Assembly (NCBI GenBank): GCA_051294905.1
Contig: CM119376.1
Coordinates: 18,972,001 to 19,036,000, forward strand
Direction of reading: 5' to 3'
DNA length: 64,000 bases
DNA from: Botryllus schlosseri
Taxonomy: Eukaryota
Position numbers and translations under genes: made by a program. The notes under the pieces are model-generated. The model saw nothing but the letters and a program-made list of their open reading frames with translations, did no database searches and was not told the DNA's origin. Below, in pieces: positions 39,837 through 53,300 of this stretch (position 1 is the first letter of the stretch; every line of letters starts with the position of its first letter).

Positions 39837-40452
39837 CATAGTGTCCTATATGGTGTCGACACAAGCAAATCGCACGGTTCAATGAAATTGTATCACGTCA
39901 CAGTTTCCATTTGGCTACAGGCAATTTGACGGTGATTTTTGACCGACTTGCCGAGCATCAAATTTGATAAAACGGGTATCAATCGAAAGCTGCCGCCGTA
40001 CTGATTACGAAAATATAAATTTTATTCCGCTCGCGGCCCTGGAACCCCCACAATCAGCCTCTAATTTTTCATTGTTATGGAGATTGGCATTGGGACGCAA
40101 CAATGCTGTCTGGCGAAACGACAGACGCAACAATACTGTCTGGCTCCCTTTTTCTCGAGCACCTGTCTCGTTTCGCTAGACAGCATTGTTGCGTCCCAAT
40201 GCCAATCTCCATAACAATGAAAAATTAGAGGCTGATTGTGGGAGTTCCAGGGCCGCGAGCGGAATAAAATTTATATTTTCGTAATCAGTACGGCGGCAGC
40301 TTTCGATTGATACCCGTTTTATCAAATTTGATGCTCGGCAAGTCGGTCAAAAATCACCGTCAAATTGCCTGTAGCCAAATGGAAACTGTGACGTGATACA
40401 ATTTCATTGAACCGTGCGATTTGCTTGTGTCGACACCATATAGGACACTATG
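39837..40452. mobile_element. Long-TIR (285 bp) palindromic MITE with a 7-bp TSD (P-element-like by termini and TSD)
   Basis: Arms 39837-40121 and 40168-40452 are reverse complements with 2 mismatches; 46-bp spacer; CATAG...CTATG termini; TSD atgaaat on both sides. Confidence 0.92.
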
Positions 40453-40736
40453 ATGAAATGACCGGAGTAGTTACGCCGCATCAGAATATTAGCTAATAGC
40501 CTAATGGCGGAACGTCCAGCTTCTCGATCAGTAGCCTAGGTTGCTGTTCATGGTCCTGATATCCACGACTTTCCACCAGGAGCCTAAGCAGGGGTGAGAT
40601 GTTAGCTCCATAACCTTGCAGTTCTTTCTCACCTCAATGATGCAGACCAGCAAACCCACGCTTTTGCCTTATCTCTTGGAACATAAGGTGAAAACGACAA
40701 AGGAAAGTATAGGCACATTAAAGCTCGCTACCTTAC

Positions 40737-40815
40737 GTTGCTCCGACTTCTGTCTCGCGAGCAGGCTATATGAGAAGAGCAAAGAAACTCACAACTACAA
40801 AAGTTACACTGACCC
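40737..40815 (-). other. Candidate non-coding first exon of the myosin gene
   Basis: Donor AAC|gtaagg at 40736; a matching acceptor atatttcag precedes 39071, upstream of ATG 39002. The 5' boundary is unknown. Confidence 0.35.
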
Positions 40816-41334
40816 TAAATTTCATATTAGGTTTATTTGAGTTATTCCACGTCAGAAAAATTAACAATTACTCCCGATTTTCATTCGCACCACCTTCGTC
40901 ATTCGCACTGAAATTTTTTTGATTCGCACAAGTGCGAACCGCCACACAGGTTGAAAAGCAATGATGCAGACGGAAATGAACCCTCTTCATTCCTGAGCTG
41001 GGGCAACGAATTAATCACAACAGAGGATTGTTACAGACCATCTTAGGCTAAAGTTACGTTCCAGGACGAGTCTCAACACTGTCTACTCTGCAATCACTAT
41101 CACAACAAAACCAGCGATTTCTTAACGAATTTATTAAAAAATTCATCGATCGGAGCGACAAGCATGTCTAAAAAATACCGCCATTCAAATGTTGCCAACG
41201 AGTGAATTTTTTCTTTCTCATGTATCAGCGATGCGATACGGCAGTTGTACAATTGAATCCCTTGTTACTCGGACGCAGCGGCAAACTTTAAAATGAAGGT
41301 AAGAGCTTCCATCTGGTGCCGGATCGAAAATCTC

Positions 41335-44300
41335 TCACTTCTCCGATCCTGACGAGTTTGACGAGCTGCTTGAATCCGAATCGGATCCGGACGAAGAGTC
41401 AGACGAGGACGAAGACCCGGAACCCTTCCCTACTCCTTTTTGGACCTTGTTGTCAGGGCTTCTGTTCCTCCTTCTGGGAGGTGAAGGTCTCTCTCGGCTT
41501 CTGTTTGATGGCTTACTGAAAATACAAGATGAAAGCGATCAGCGGCACAGGCAAAGTTACATGGGACTGTATCCAGAGGTGGACAAAGTAGTAATCGTTA
41601 GAACTCAGGTAGAAGTAGCATCATAAATTTCTACTTGAGTAAAAATAGAAGTTGAGATTTTCTAGTAATAAGCAAGAACTATTAGCTACAATCTAGTTTT
41701 GCATAAATAACTGAAAATAATAGTACTCTAAAATCATAACTACATGATTAAGTAGTGCTATTAGGCAAAACCAGCTGGGGCATTATGAAAAGTAGAAATA
41801 CTTGGCTACCAAACGCCTGACCATAGACGTGTGACAGTCTAAATCAGGGGCGGGCAACTTCTCCAGTCGGCGGGCCGGATATGGGGAAATTAAGTACTTG
41901 GCGGGCCGGATTCCTGAATCGATACATCGTATTTAATGTAAATTTTAAGTTTGAAGCATAGAAAACAAAATAGTATTCAATGAATATTAATGTAATGTAT
42001 TTCAATAGCTGTTGAAGTCAATGAGACATCCGTGGTCGAGATCAAAGTTGCGAACAGGTGCTTTGAACTCTGGCTGCATGTCGCACACAAGAAAACAAAG
42101 AACTAAAGATCACTATTATTTGTGTCTTGTGTCCAAAAACAAGAATGATTAACCTACAGTCATTATAATTTGACGTAGTGAGCAATAGTGGAGAATAACG
42201 GCAGACTGTAACCGTGGGCCCTATGTTGCGCACCCCTGGTATGATGTATACACGAACGAGGGCTGGGGATTTTTCCAAGATATCAATTCATTACGGTCGA
42301 GTACATGCGTAAATGCCAGTAATGCAATCATTTTCGTGTTGACGAACTTACGTGAAAGCTCCACTCTCGCATTCTACTCACACACACACACACACGCTAC
42401 AGAATAACCTACAGTCACTATAAGTTGACGTAATAAGCAAGTAGTGGGGGATTGCGGTAGACTGTGACCGCGGGCCACATTATCATGTACGACGGGAAAC
42501 TCTGCAGGCCGCTCAAAATCACGTCGCCGGCCGTTTGTTGCCCGTCCCTGGTCTAAATGGACAGGCACACACGCAGCCGCATACCCACCCCGCTGATTGA
42601 TCTTGCCTTGCCGGACGCCGATCATTTGTGCTGTCTCGCCTGGTTCTGCTTTCAGGCAGTCTCCGACCAGGACTGCGTGCGGGCCGGACCGGCGCTCTCC
42701 TGTCGGGCTCTTGTCGAGTCTTGCTCTTGTCTTCCTCCTCCATTTCCCGACGAATCTTATTTCGAGCCTCACGCCTTTGTTCCCTCTCCTTGATTCGTTG
42801 CTCGATCTGCAATGCGCAATGGAAGCATGCATTCATGAATTTCATGAAGAAATGCGTTCCAGTGGCTTCCGAGTACCTGTTCATCCGTCAGCGGCAGCCA
42901 GTAGATGCACGGAGTCGCTTTGGTCTTTCGGAAAAGGTCGTCGAGGAGCTTAGCGGGCTGCTCGTCAATCTTTGGCTCTGCAAGATCAAAACAGCTTTAC
43001 TCATCATCAGGCGTGCACCCAGCCAAGAGAAAAGGGGGGGGGATTGGAAAATTTTCCAAGGTAGCAACGATTCATTAAGGATAAATACATGCATAAATGC
43101 AGATAATACAAGGATCAGATAAGCTTCCTCATACTGGCAACTTGCGCGTTCGATGTATATTATACAGGCATAAGCTAGGCCAGTGGTTCCCAACCTTTTT
43201 CGACTCATCGCATTCTTTTTAAGTTCAACACCGATCATTGCCCCGAAAATTTTATGAACCGAAAAATGGGCATACGAATTTAAAAAATAAAGGTCATTCC
43301 CCGCCGTGACTCCAATATAGCCGTTTTAACGCGTCATCTCCCCCTTTGTTCATTTTCGCCCCCTTCGACCTTTTCGCCCCCCTAGACCGCCAACGTTGGG
43401 AACCACTGAGCTAGACTTTCGCAAGTTCCGGTTAGAAATCAAAGAGAAACAAAAATTTAATTTTAATTTGCCCGTCATCATATTATAACATCATGTCACA
43501 ACACAACGGGAGATGAGAATTGCTCCAGCTCGTGTACAAATGAATACTTGCTAATTGGCAACACTGATGCTGGTCACAAGTGATATAAATTCAGGCGGAT
43601 TCGACTTCCTCATGTTGTGCAAAGCAGAAAAATTTGAGCATGAAACGCAACAGCGCCCCACGCTACAAATTGAAAATGAGCCAAGAAATATTGAAGCTAT
43701 TCATTGTTGATAATCATGTAGAAGTAGATGTGGCATCGAGAATTTGAAAAAGCTGTTACCGACCGCCTCTGAAAACAGAAAGGGGTTCTGACCTCCCAAA
43801 GCCCCCTCTGAGCACAACACCGTACCTTCTTTTGGTCTCCGCTCGCGTCGTGGCGATCTCTTTTCTCGTTCCTCGACTCTCATCATTCGGCGGTGTTCGG
43901 CTTCTTGGTCGAGCTGTTGCAAAACAACCCATGCCGTCTCACGTACTTACGACGCTAATCCTACCCACAAACCTTGTCTCTATCCCATTCTCTCAAAGGA
44001 GCGGTCTTTTCGTCTCTGCGTCGACGGTCTCCGTCTCGTCGATTACGGTCTGGCGATCTTCTCCGGTCGTCACGACGACGTTCTTCACGCCTGGGGGGCG
44101 ACGGGTCCTTATCCTGCATACGGATAATCGTGACACACCGCTACGGGCAACTACGCGACAATTATTAGTAATTATTCATTAAATTTTTCTCAAATGCACC
44201 TTGCCTGTCGTGCAGATAAACTTCGAAAGGACAAGACAGCTAACCACAAAAAAGTGCGCCATTGTCAAAATCAGACCCGGGCAATGTACTGCCATTGAAG

Positions 44301-47300
44301 CGATTCTGAATAGCCCGCAAAAAGATGCTTGGAATTTAAAACATCAATACTACTTTTTAATGTTAATGTGTGAACTAAAACAACAGGCTGTACATAAACT
44401 GAAACTTTATATAGATTTAATTTGGAGTGTGTTTATTCGTTGTTCTGGTATTCACAGTGTTTTTCGACTACAATGGTCATTTACACAAGGCCGTTATTCC
44501 TTGTTATCATTCCTTATAGCTCGACTTGCACTGATGGTTCAGAATAATAGTGGTCAAAATCACTGTCACTGACTTACTGGGCTCAATTTAGTGACCTTAT
44601 ATTGCGCGAGTCGGTTGCCAACCCTTGCCCAAGAGGATTCCAAGAATTATCAAGATGTCCCCGTACAGTATTGACCACCACGATATAACATCACAAACAC
44701 TAACCCGTCTACGAGGAGCTTCGTCTCTCCGCTCTCTGTCCCGATCCTCCCGTTTACTCCTGGCCTCTTCAATTTTAGGCGCCTCCTTCGTCTTTTCCTC
44801 GTGTTTAGCCGAAATCTCTTTGCTCGCTTTCTTAAAATCTTTCAGCAGCGGCTGGATGGGTTTATCCGACCCGATGTCCTTGATGGTGTTGGCCTAGAGA
44901 AAAGTGTGACATTAGCAACTGAAGACAGCGTCTTATTGCCAAGTGTGTTACCCTGTCGACATCGCAGAAGTCTACCGATAACGTTTTCGGATTGGACGCG
45001 GGCCAGTTGATACCGTGCAGACATCTCCGAGCGTTCATTGCGTCTTCTTCAGTCACGTACTGGAATTCAAATTCGTGATGACTCTCCAATTTAGTCAAGT
45101 AAGTATATTCAACATAACATCCATCGCCAGGATACATATAGCGTATCTCAACTCGAAGACTTCACGAATGCCTCTTATCCACAGTCATCAGCATGCTAGA
45201 GGGATTCAACCAGATTGAAAAGTAAATCTGTTTAAATCCCTTTAGTCAAACTATTTGATAAGATGTCTTCGAGTTTCAGTGTATTGCGCAGTGTATTGTA
45301 TTCTTGCAATGACTATTGTGATGAAAGCAATCTTCAAGTTCTGTACCGGAACCACGAACTAGCCATTCAACTTAGTACACTTTTACTTTTTAGGAGTGCT
45401 CAGGAAGTTTTTGCCTATTTTTACTACTTTCTGTTTTTTTTTACTATTAGCACGTCTACTGTAGGGTTTCGTAGGAAAATACTCAATTATTATTGTTAAG
45501 ATATTGTCACAAGAACCGAGTGAAATAACCATTGTATCACGGCAACTGAAGATTCTACAATCTACATATTTGCAGTGGCATTACCAATTATACTTTAGTC
45601 ACGTGTATTCATCAAAAGTGACCAACTCCGATTAACCGTTACAATCAGCGACCAGTTGACGAAATCCACTTTTGGAAGCTAGAATTCTGCTAGTTTGGAC
45701 ATGCATGACTACATATCACTACTTTTACTTATCTCAAGCCGCAACATCGACCAGCTCTGATTTTAATAAAAAACAATGTGACATAGACTTACCGTGACGA
45801 GACAGTGCGACTTGATCTTGTCAATCCAGAACGAGTTCTCCTCCACTTTACCCAGCTTACCCAGGAAATTCTTCAGCTGCGGCAAGGTGAAAGGCCGGAC
45901 CAGGTTTCTGACGTGTACGATCTTCGAGACGGGATACCGCGCCGGGGTGACATCACGGGCTTCGGGAGGGGGCGTGGGCTCCTTCTGTGTCGATCTGTTC
46001 ACCGACACGCTGGTCTTAAGAGGCTTTTTCTTGACTTCCTTTTTCTTTTCGCGGGATGAGTCGGCCTGCAAATGACGCGATACAATCTCAATGTGGATTA
46101 GGGTAGAACACCGGTGGGGTGGGTTAGTCAGCACTCACTTCTTTATGGATGCCATTTTGGTCCGGTTGCGAAACGACTCTTCGATTTCGAGACTCTGCTT
46201 TCTGCTCCACTTTGCGCGCAGACTTGGAGGTGACAACTATAAAGTTAACGGCTTGAATTGTACCCTTTGGCACTGGCGAGTGACATCATTATTAGTATCA
46301 CTAATAATTTTGAATAGATTGTGGTCAATGAAAGTACACATAACCACCAAAATCTAGGTTGGCAGAGGTGCATTGAGTCGATATCTAAGAGAATCTGGTA
46401 TCATGTTGAAATCTGGATTAGGAATCAGGATGGGAATCTAAAATCCAATCCAACGAGCATTATTGTTTATGACTAAACTCAGCTTGTCTAATATGTTGCA
46501 TCCTGACTGTTGTTGTTAGTGGTGTTCATGGTGTTTTTCGTCTACAATGGTCTTTTGTACCATTTACACACTCTTTATTATGATTCCCTTGCTGCCGACT
46601 TGTAGCACGGCCCACTTTCAGGCATTTTTAAGACAAACCTAAACACTTGGCCAGAGATTCTTGAGCTGGACCTAAGCCGGATTCGAACCCACAACCTGCT
46701 GGTGTTACAGCTATGGTTCATTCCATTACGCTATCTCGCCAGTCATTACGTTGCATTCAATTTGAAAGCTTATCATTTGATGAGCTTGTTCAAACTAATA
46801 GCGAAAATACCACATACAGGAGCATCAATACAAGACTGTAACGTATTTCTGAAAATTCACTGCTGATTTTACAATTTCGAATTTTAAGGCAATCCAAAAA
46901 CAGAGATGGTAGTACTGAAAATATTTCACATCCGCTTATCTCCTCAAATCCATCACCAAAACAGCAAAACACCAATGCGTCGTCTCATATAATAACCTTT
47001 TCTGTTGTCATGTTGTGTGGTGGCGCGTTGCTGTTTGTCCTCCCCACCAGAATCTGCCTCCACAAATTCCTCCACGACAACTTCCTCCTCCTCTACGATT
47101 TCACCATCCTCTTCTCCGTCCTGCCGCAAAACAATCGACAATAGCCTGCGAAATATTTCCAATTTCCGAAGAAATTAGATTTTTACCTTGATCTCTTTAC
47201 GTTTTAGGGGCGCGGGACTCGTTTCCGGCGACTCCTCCATCACAATGTCAATGATCTCATCCACCTCCTCGTGCTCCTCTTCCTCCTCCACCAATTCTCC

Positions 47301-50300
47301 CGGTTCCTCTCCGATCTCCTCTTGTTCGTCGATGGCTTTCTTGATTTCCTCGGACTTGATGTCAATCAGGTCCTGCACCAAAACGACACATTTCACCATT
47401 TCAAAATGTGCTTGCACGCAGTAGGCACTTTTACTAACGTGTGACACAGCACCTCAGGCGCAGCCAGCTGAGAGAAAAGGAGGGAGGGGGAAAACAAAAG
47501 GGGGAGAGAAAAAATTTACAAAACAGACAAGGTTGCAAGTTCTAATTGATTAATCTGCATAAATCTATGTACTACAAATACGCCAATGCAACAAGGATCA
47601 CATAATCTTGCTCATATTAACATCTCTATACGCATTGACACATGCCAGTGTAGTAAAATATAGATTTGGATCAACTCTATTCAATTCAGTGATATGTGAA
47701 TAATGACTTGATCACAGAGCAGGTGAAGCAAATCACAAACAAATTTCGGTGCACATTTGATAACCAAATGTGGGGGCATAATCTAGTACAGCGGTTGGCA
47801 TTATAAAATCATTACAACAATGTGCAAATATAATAATCGGTCAGGTGTATAAGAACTAAGTTGGGTGAGGTGTAAAATTCAAGATGACTCGACTCCCTGA
47901 GAAAATTTGCATGACTTTAAAAGTTTGGAAGTGACTTGAGCCCAACCCTGATATCTAGTCCAGTGGTTCTCAACCTTTATGTCTTCGCGGACCCCTTTTG
48001 GGCCGTCACGGACCCCCGACGTTTTAGATCAAATTCAACTCAACATTCGCACAATCATCATCTGTCTTGTGCAAATGATAACTGTAGGGCTAGTGATAAA
48101 GAGCAAAAAAATGACTTTTCTTTAAAATGACATTCTACTCATGTAGAAATTGGGTTGACTTTTATTATTTCAAAGCGAATTCTGCAACTGCATTTCTTGA
48201 AATACGTGGTCGTGCCATGAAAATCCGCACCCTCGATTTGATATGAACGGATGCTGATAATCCATTTAGACCAGTGATGCTCAATTTTTTTTAAACACGC
48301 CCTCCCCCTCCTTTACGGTAGTGAAGAATTTCGCGGACCCCCTGGAAATGCTTCGCGGTTCGGTTGAGAACCGCTGATCTCGTCTATATAACGATATGGA
48401 ATACTACCTTAATGAGATCAGAACTGATATTGACGTTCTCGGTACTGCTGCTACGACCTCCCCACTTGCGTTTAGAAGCCTTCGCGGTGTCAGTAGTCTC
48501 TGGGATGGAAATGAACGAGTTAGATGTAAACGTTCATCAGACAGCTCAGGTTGAGAACTGCATCCACTTACTTCGGTTCAGGCTGATTTTTCGCAAAGGA
48601 ATTAGCGGCTCCTCGGGTTCGACAATTTTCTAAACAAAATACAAACACACAGAGTTACTACTTGAATACCACGACGTACAAGTTATTAATCCGCACACTG
48701 CTCTAAAATTGTACACAGAACAAGCCTACAGTTAATAGTGAGTGGTATTATTTCTATTTCGGAGATATGGTCTTCGTATTTCCTCGAATAACAGATTATG
48801 TCAAGGCAGGACAGGACCGTTGGTAAATATCCGCTTTTGTTAGCTTAAAACTTGAAAAATGTAAGAATTCGAGATAATGGCAAATAAGCATATTTTGAAG
48901 CTTACAGCCTGAAAAATATAGACCACGTTCAGCTCAAATGGAGTGTATCTGTTAAAAAGCAGTGCACAGACATGGCAGCGGAAATTGAAAAAAGACATTG
49001 GAATTTTCAATGGATTATTTCGGAATGAGAAGCTGCAACAATGGGATTAGGTTGTGGTGGAAGGTTACCTGGTCGCAAGTCGGGAAGTTACCGTCAACTA
49101 TTTTCGTTTCGAACAAACTCACCAACTGCCGACATTGTTTGCCCATGCTAAGAGCAGAGCGGTCACAATTAGCAAATCCTTATTCTACTCTGGATTCACA
49201 AACATTTGGCGCGATTGCGATGATTGCCGCAAGTGAGAGCGGAGATGACGACGTAGATTCGTTTTTTTTTTTCAGTTCTATCGCAGAAGTTGCGAGAAGA
49301 GTCAGTCCCAACAATGCGTTCATAGTTCAGAAAACACTGCAGACGTTGCAGAGTGACGTCACGTTTGCATTGATGACAAAACTTCCTTTCTGCGTCGCTT
49401 GTGAATTGCATTCAAAGTAGAATCGGATGCGAAGTAACTTTTCCCTTTTGTATTCCTATATCCAAAGACAGTTTCGAAGAAAGTTCGAAGTTTGCAGTGA
49501 TGTTATAACAACTGCATCAGTCGATGGTTTTAGTCTTCATTTTGTAGATAAGTAGCAACTTTATCGTGGATACATCAGCCGTACGGAATTCCTGGCTTTT
49601 ATTTTCTTGTCCAAATATCGTAGCTTCACAGAGTCAAACAGGCGGGCGTAAAGTTTCAGGGAATGAGTGTTCGTATTGGCATGATGAGCGTGAGCAGCAG
49701 AGCACAGGTTTTGTAGTGCACGTAACTATTTATGACTCAGTCCACGGATTTGTTAGAGGTCATTTCCTCTCTCTCTCACACAGCGACACTCGTGACACCA
49801 TCGGCAATTGCAATCGTGTAACGCGACACTTGCTCGTGTTTTATTTCCAATTTGCAATCTCGAATACCATCCGCCTTTCCATAAAAATGGAGATATACAA
49901 TATAGCATCGAGTTGCACACAGGAGACACGAATTTCTCACGCTCGGGATTTACTGCGTTGTGAAATCATTATTACTCACCTCCGCCACGGTCTCTTCCTG
50001 CCTGTCGTCGATCTTTTCATCATCGGCCGGAGTCATTTCTACTTCGGAGCTATGATAGAACGGTGACAAATCAATCTTCACGTAACAATATTACCAGGAG
50101 GCCTACTACTGAAACTCTTTCAGGGCTGTTCAAAAAAATATATTTTTCCTGACTAGGCGATTGAATCGTTAGGTTGCCTTAAAACAACGACGCACACCAA
50201 ATTTCAATTCATTCCAACCGGTAATCGCAGATTTCTAAAAATGCAAACTTTTTCTCTTCACATTTTTCTGTCAGTCACATGAAATTGTTGCGCTGTCTTC

Positions 50301-53300
50301 AAAAACGATGCAAAACAAATTTGACTTATTCGAGTTTTTTGATAATTGTTGGATCATCTATCAAGTTGTTCATATTGTCAAGAGTTTTTTAGGAACTTGC
50401 ATTTTGTTTGCATTGTAAATGTTTGTGCTGTCAGTGAACTTATCTTCTGACATTTTACAGCTTGTAGCTTACTTCATAGGCCTACCGCTGTAGAGACGGC
50501 TCATTGTGAATCATAAGCGGTCAAATGAAACAAACGGTTGCCCGACATATGAGCATGCGACACAATGGAAAACGACAGTTCAGCATGGAACAAATCAGCA
50601 TGCGTCACTTCAGCATGTGACTGTATAACCCAAAAACTTACCCTAACCTGAAAGATAGCCTAACCCAACCTAACCTAGCCTAACCTAACCTAAATCCAAA
50701 CCCTAACCCAACCATAAATCCAACCCTAACCTACCCCTAACCCGTAATTTAACCCACATGCTCATGTGTCGCATGCCAAATTGTCGCATACCGAAGTCTC
50801 GCATGCTGTAATGTCGCATGCTCATATGTCCACGGACCGAAACAAACATGGTGTTAGGCCTATGCTATTGCTCAACGTACCGCAATATCCTAGCTCAGTG
50901 GTTCTTAACCTTGCCGCCAGCGCCCCCCGAGGGGCGCTGGCGATTTTGAAGGGGGGGCGGAAACGCTCAGGGGGCGATATGGGGGGCGCTGGGCTCAGGG
51001 GGGCGGTATGGGGGAGCGCTGGAGAAAAATGGCTTCTCAGTAGATGATGTGGTGATAGGACATATCCTTAATGAGTATTCCGAGCAAATTAACACCGAAA
51101 ACTCCGTTACATATAGCCTTCTAAATACATATAGGTTTAATTGTCCATGGGCGCCTAAATGACTGACACCGAATGTTCCTGTCTTGGCAATCTGAACCCC
51201 AGAAGACGAATTCCATCTGGCAGGGAGAAATTATATGTCAGTGAAGAAATACAAATCTGAAATCGTGTGCGTCTTTTAGTTTAGTACGATTGCGCGACAG
51301 GGATATTCCTGTTGGGCGATATCCCCGTTGAGCGATTCTATATTTTTTGATATTGCAGACAGGGGTTCACGAAATAACATCATGCAACGAAGTCATACCA
51401 ACGGGTTCGCCCGCCCGAATATGTTTAATTATTAGTAACAGGCCCTACAGTTTCCAAGAAACCTCACAATGTTCGCTTTAAGTTTTGATGAGTTTGCGCA
51501 CACTCAACAACTCACTGCGCTGACCCCTGGACAACAGTGCGTAACGACTAATGTAAAAGGTAATAACTTCGGTTTTGTTGTGCGCAACGTAGATTTTCTG
51601 TGCGCAGAGACCGTGTCAGCACTGCGCACGTACCCAGCTTAGAGGGAACATTGCACCTCACCCAGCTCTGCCGGTAAATGTGTTTACGAGAGCAGAGAGA
51701 GGATAAAAATTAATCTCAATTTACATGCAATTCCCGATGATATTGACCAATTCACTCATTAATTAGTGAAATTTTTTGCGCTTCGCGCGACTAGGCGAGA
51801 ATAGCAGCCTCAGTAAATGGACACCCAATGTAGATACCTAACAGGCTTTCAGCAAATAGAGAACAGCCTAATGGGGGTCTGGGAGTGAAGTCCCCCTGAA
51901 GCTTGGTTTATCACCCGATGGGGGCCCAGGACCAACGTTTTTTGTTTGGGGGGGCTGACAAAGTGCTGTTATGGCCCTGGTAACGAATAATTGTACCTGC
52001 GGGCACGCCCGAATATGTTTAATTATTAATTACGTGCCCTTTATCTTGCTATACAACAGCTCACTCAGTTTATCGCGACTTATATATGTAATTACCACCT
52101 ATTCATTCATGCATTATAGAAAATTTTGGTACCTAGGGCGACCAGGCCACACAAACTTTGCTGACCATCGAAATCACGATAGGGGGTTCGTGGGGGCGAA
52201 GCCCTCAGAAGTTCGGTTTATCACGCTATGGTGCGCAAGGCAAATCGTTTTTAGGGGGTTGACGAAGTGCTGTTACGGCCCTCCCTCTTACTCATTGTCT
52301 TTATTACATTCCGTACATTATGAAGTTGGGGGGGGGGGCGCTGGTGCACGATAATTTTTGAAAGGGGGCGCTGGAGGAAAAAAGGTTAAGAACCACTGTC
52401 CTAGCTGAAGCAAGACGGCGTGGGCATCGGTTCTTATATCAAGAAGTGCATGATGAAAATTTGAGATGTAGACAACATTGTCAGAAGAACGAAGCAACAC
52501 GGTGTATCACCAGCAGTGTACGCACATCGCACAACATCAAAGTTGTCAGCCAACAACTGCTGCTGTTGAACGTTCTTTCTCCATTCTTGGCAAGCTACTT
52601 GATAAAGACAGACACTTTCTACCAGAGAATGTACGAAAGTAACTATTGTTGTAATTTCAATTATTTCAACCATAATGTGTGATGTAAACTACTGAAATTC
52701 TTCATAGGTTCAGATTTCGATGAAATACAGTTTTTTCATGTAAAAATTTGCTTATATGTCAAAAACGTTGTTTCAGGCCAAACTACAGACAGTTCCAACG
52801 AGAAATGAAAAGAAGTAGTACAATTGTAACATTGTGAGCGAAAACACCTAATTTTCATACAGGCAATCACGTTTCTCGAGGTCAAAAAATGTCAACATCT
52901 TGTTCTTCAGGTAAAAAAATCACCCTCGTAATTGTTCATTTGGCGCTAGTAGCAAAGATACATCTTGCAATTTTATAAGTAGCCACCGTCCGTCTCAGAA
53001 CTTCACGTTCTACATTCACTTGAGCTTTTGACATGCCTTGGAAATCACTAGTTCCACTTGTGTATAGAAATAGAAGGCTCTACCACTACTTGCACCAACA
53101 CAGACTAGTTGGACCACCTCCAGAACTTACGACCAAATAGCCTCTAAACTACGGATGATTTTGTTTTCCGCATTATCCCAATCGGTATCGATCTAGTATA
53201 TGGCAGTGTTGGGATCAAGTCACTACCATGTAGTCACGAGTCATTTTGAGTCATTGCACATTTTGACTCGAGTCAAGTCAATCGAATTTCGAAGGTGACT

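Noticed and set aside
46667-46740. tRNA-like sequence with A and B boxes
   Set aside because: Acceptor and anticodon stems do not pair and it continues into a repeated body, so it is a SINE head, not a tRNA gene.
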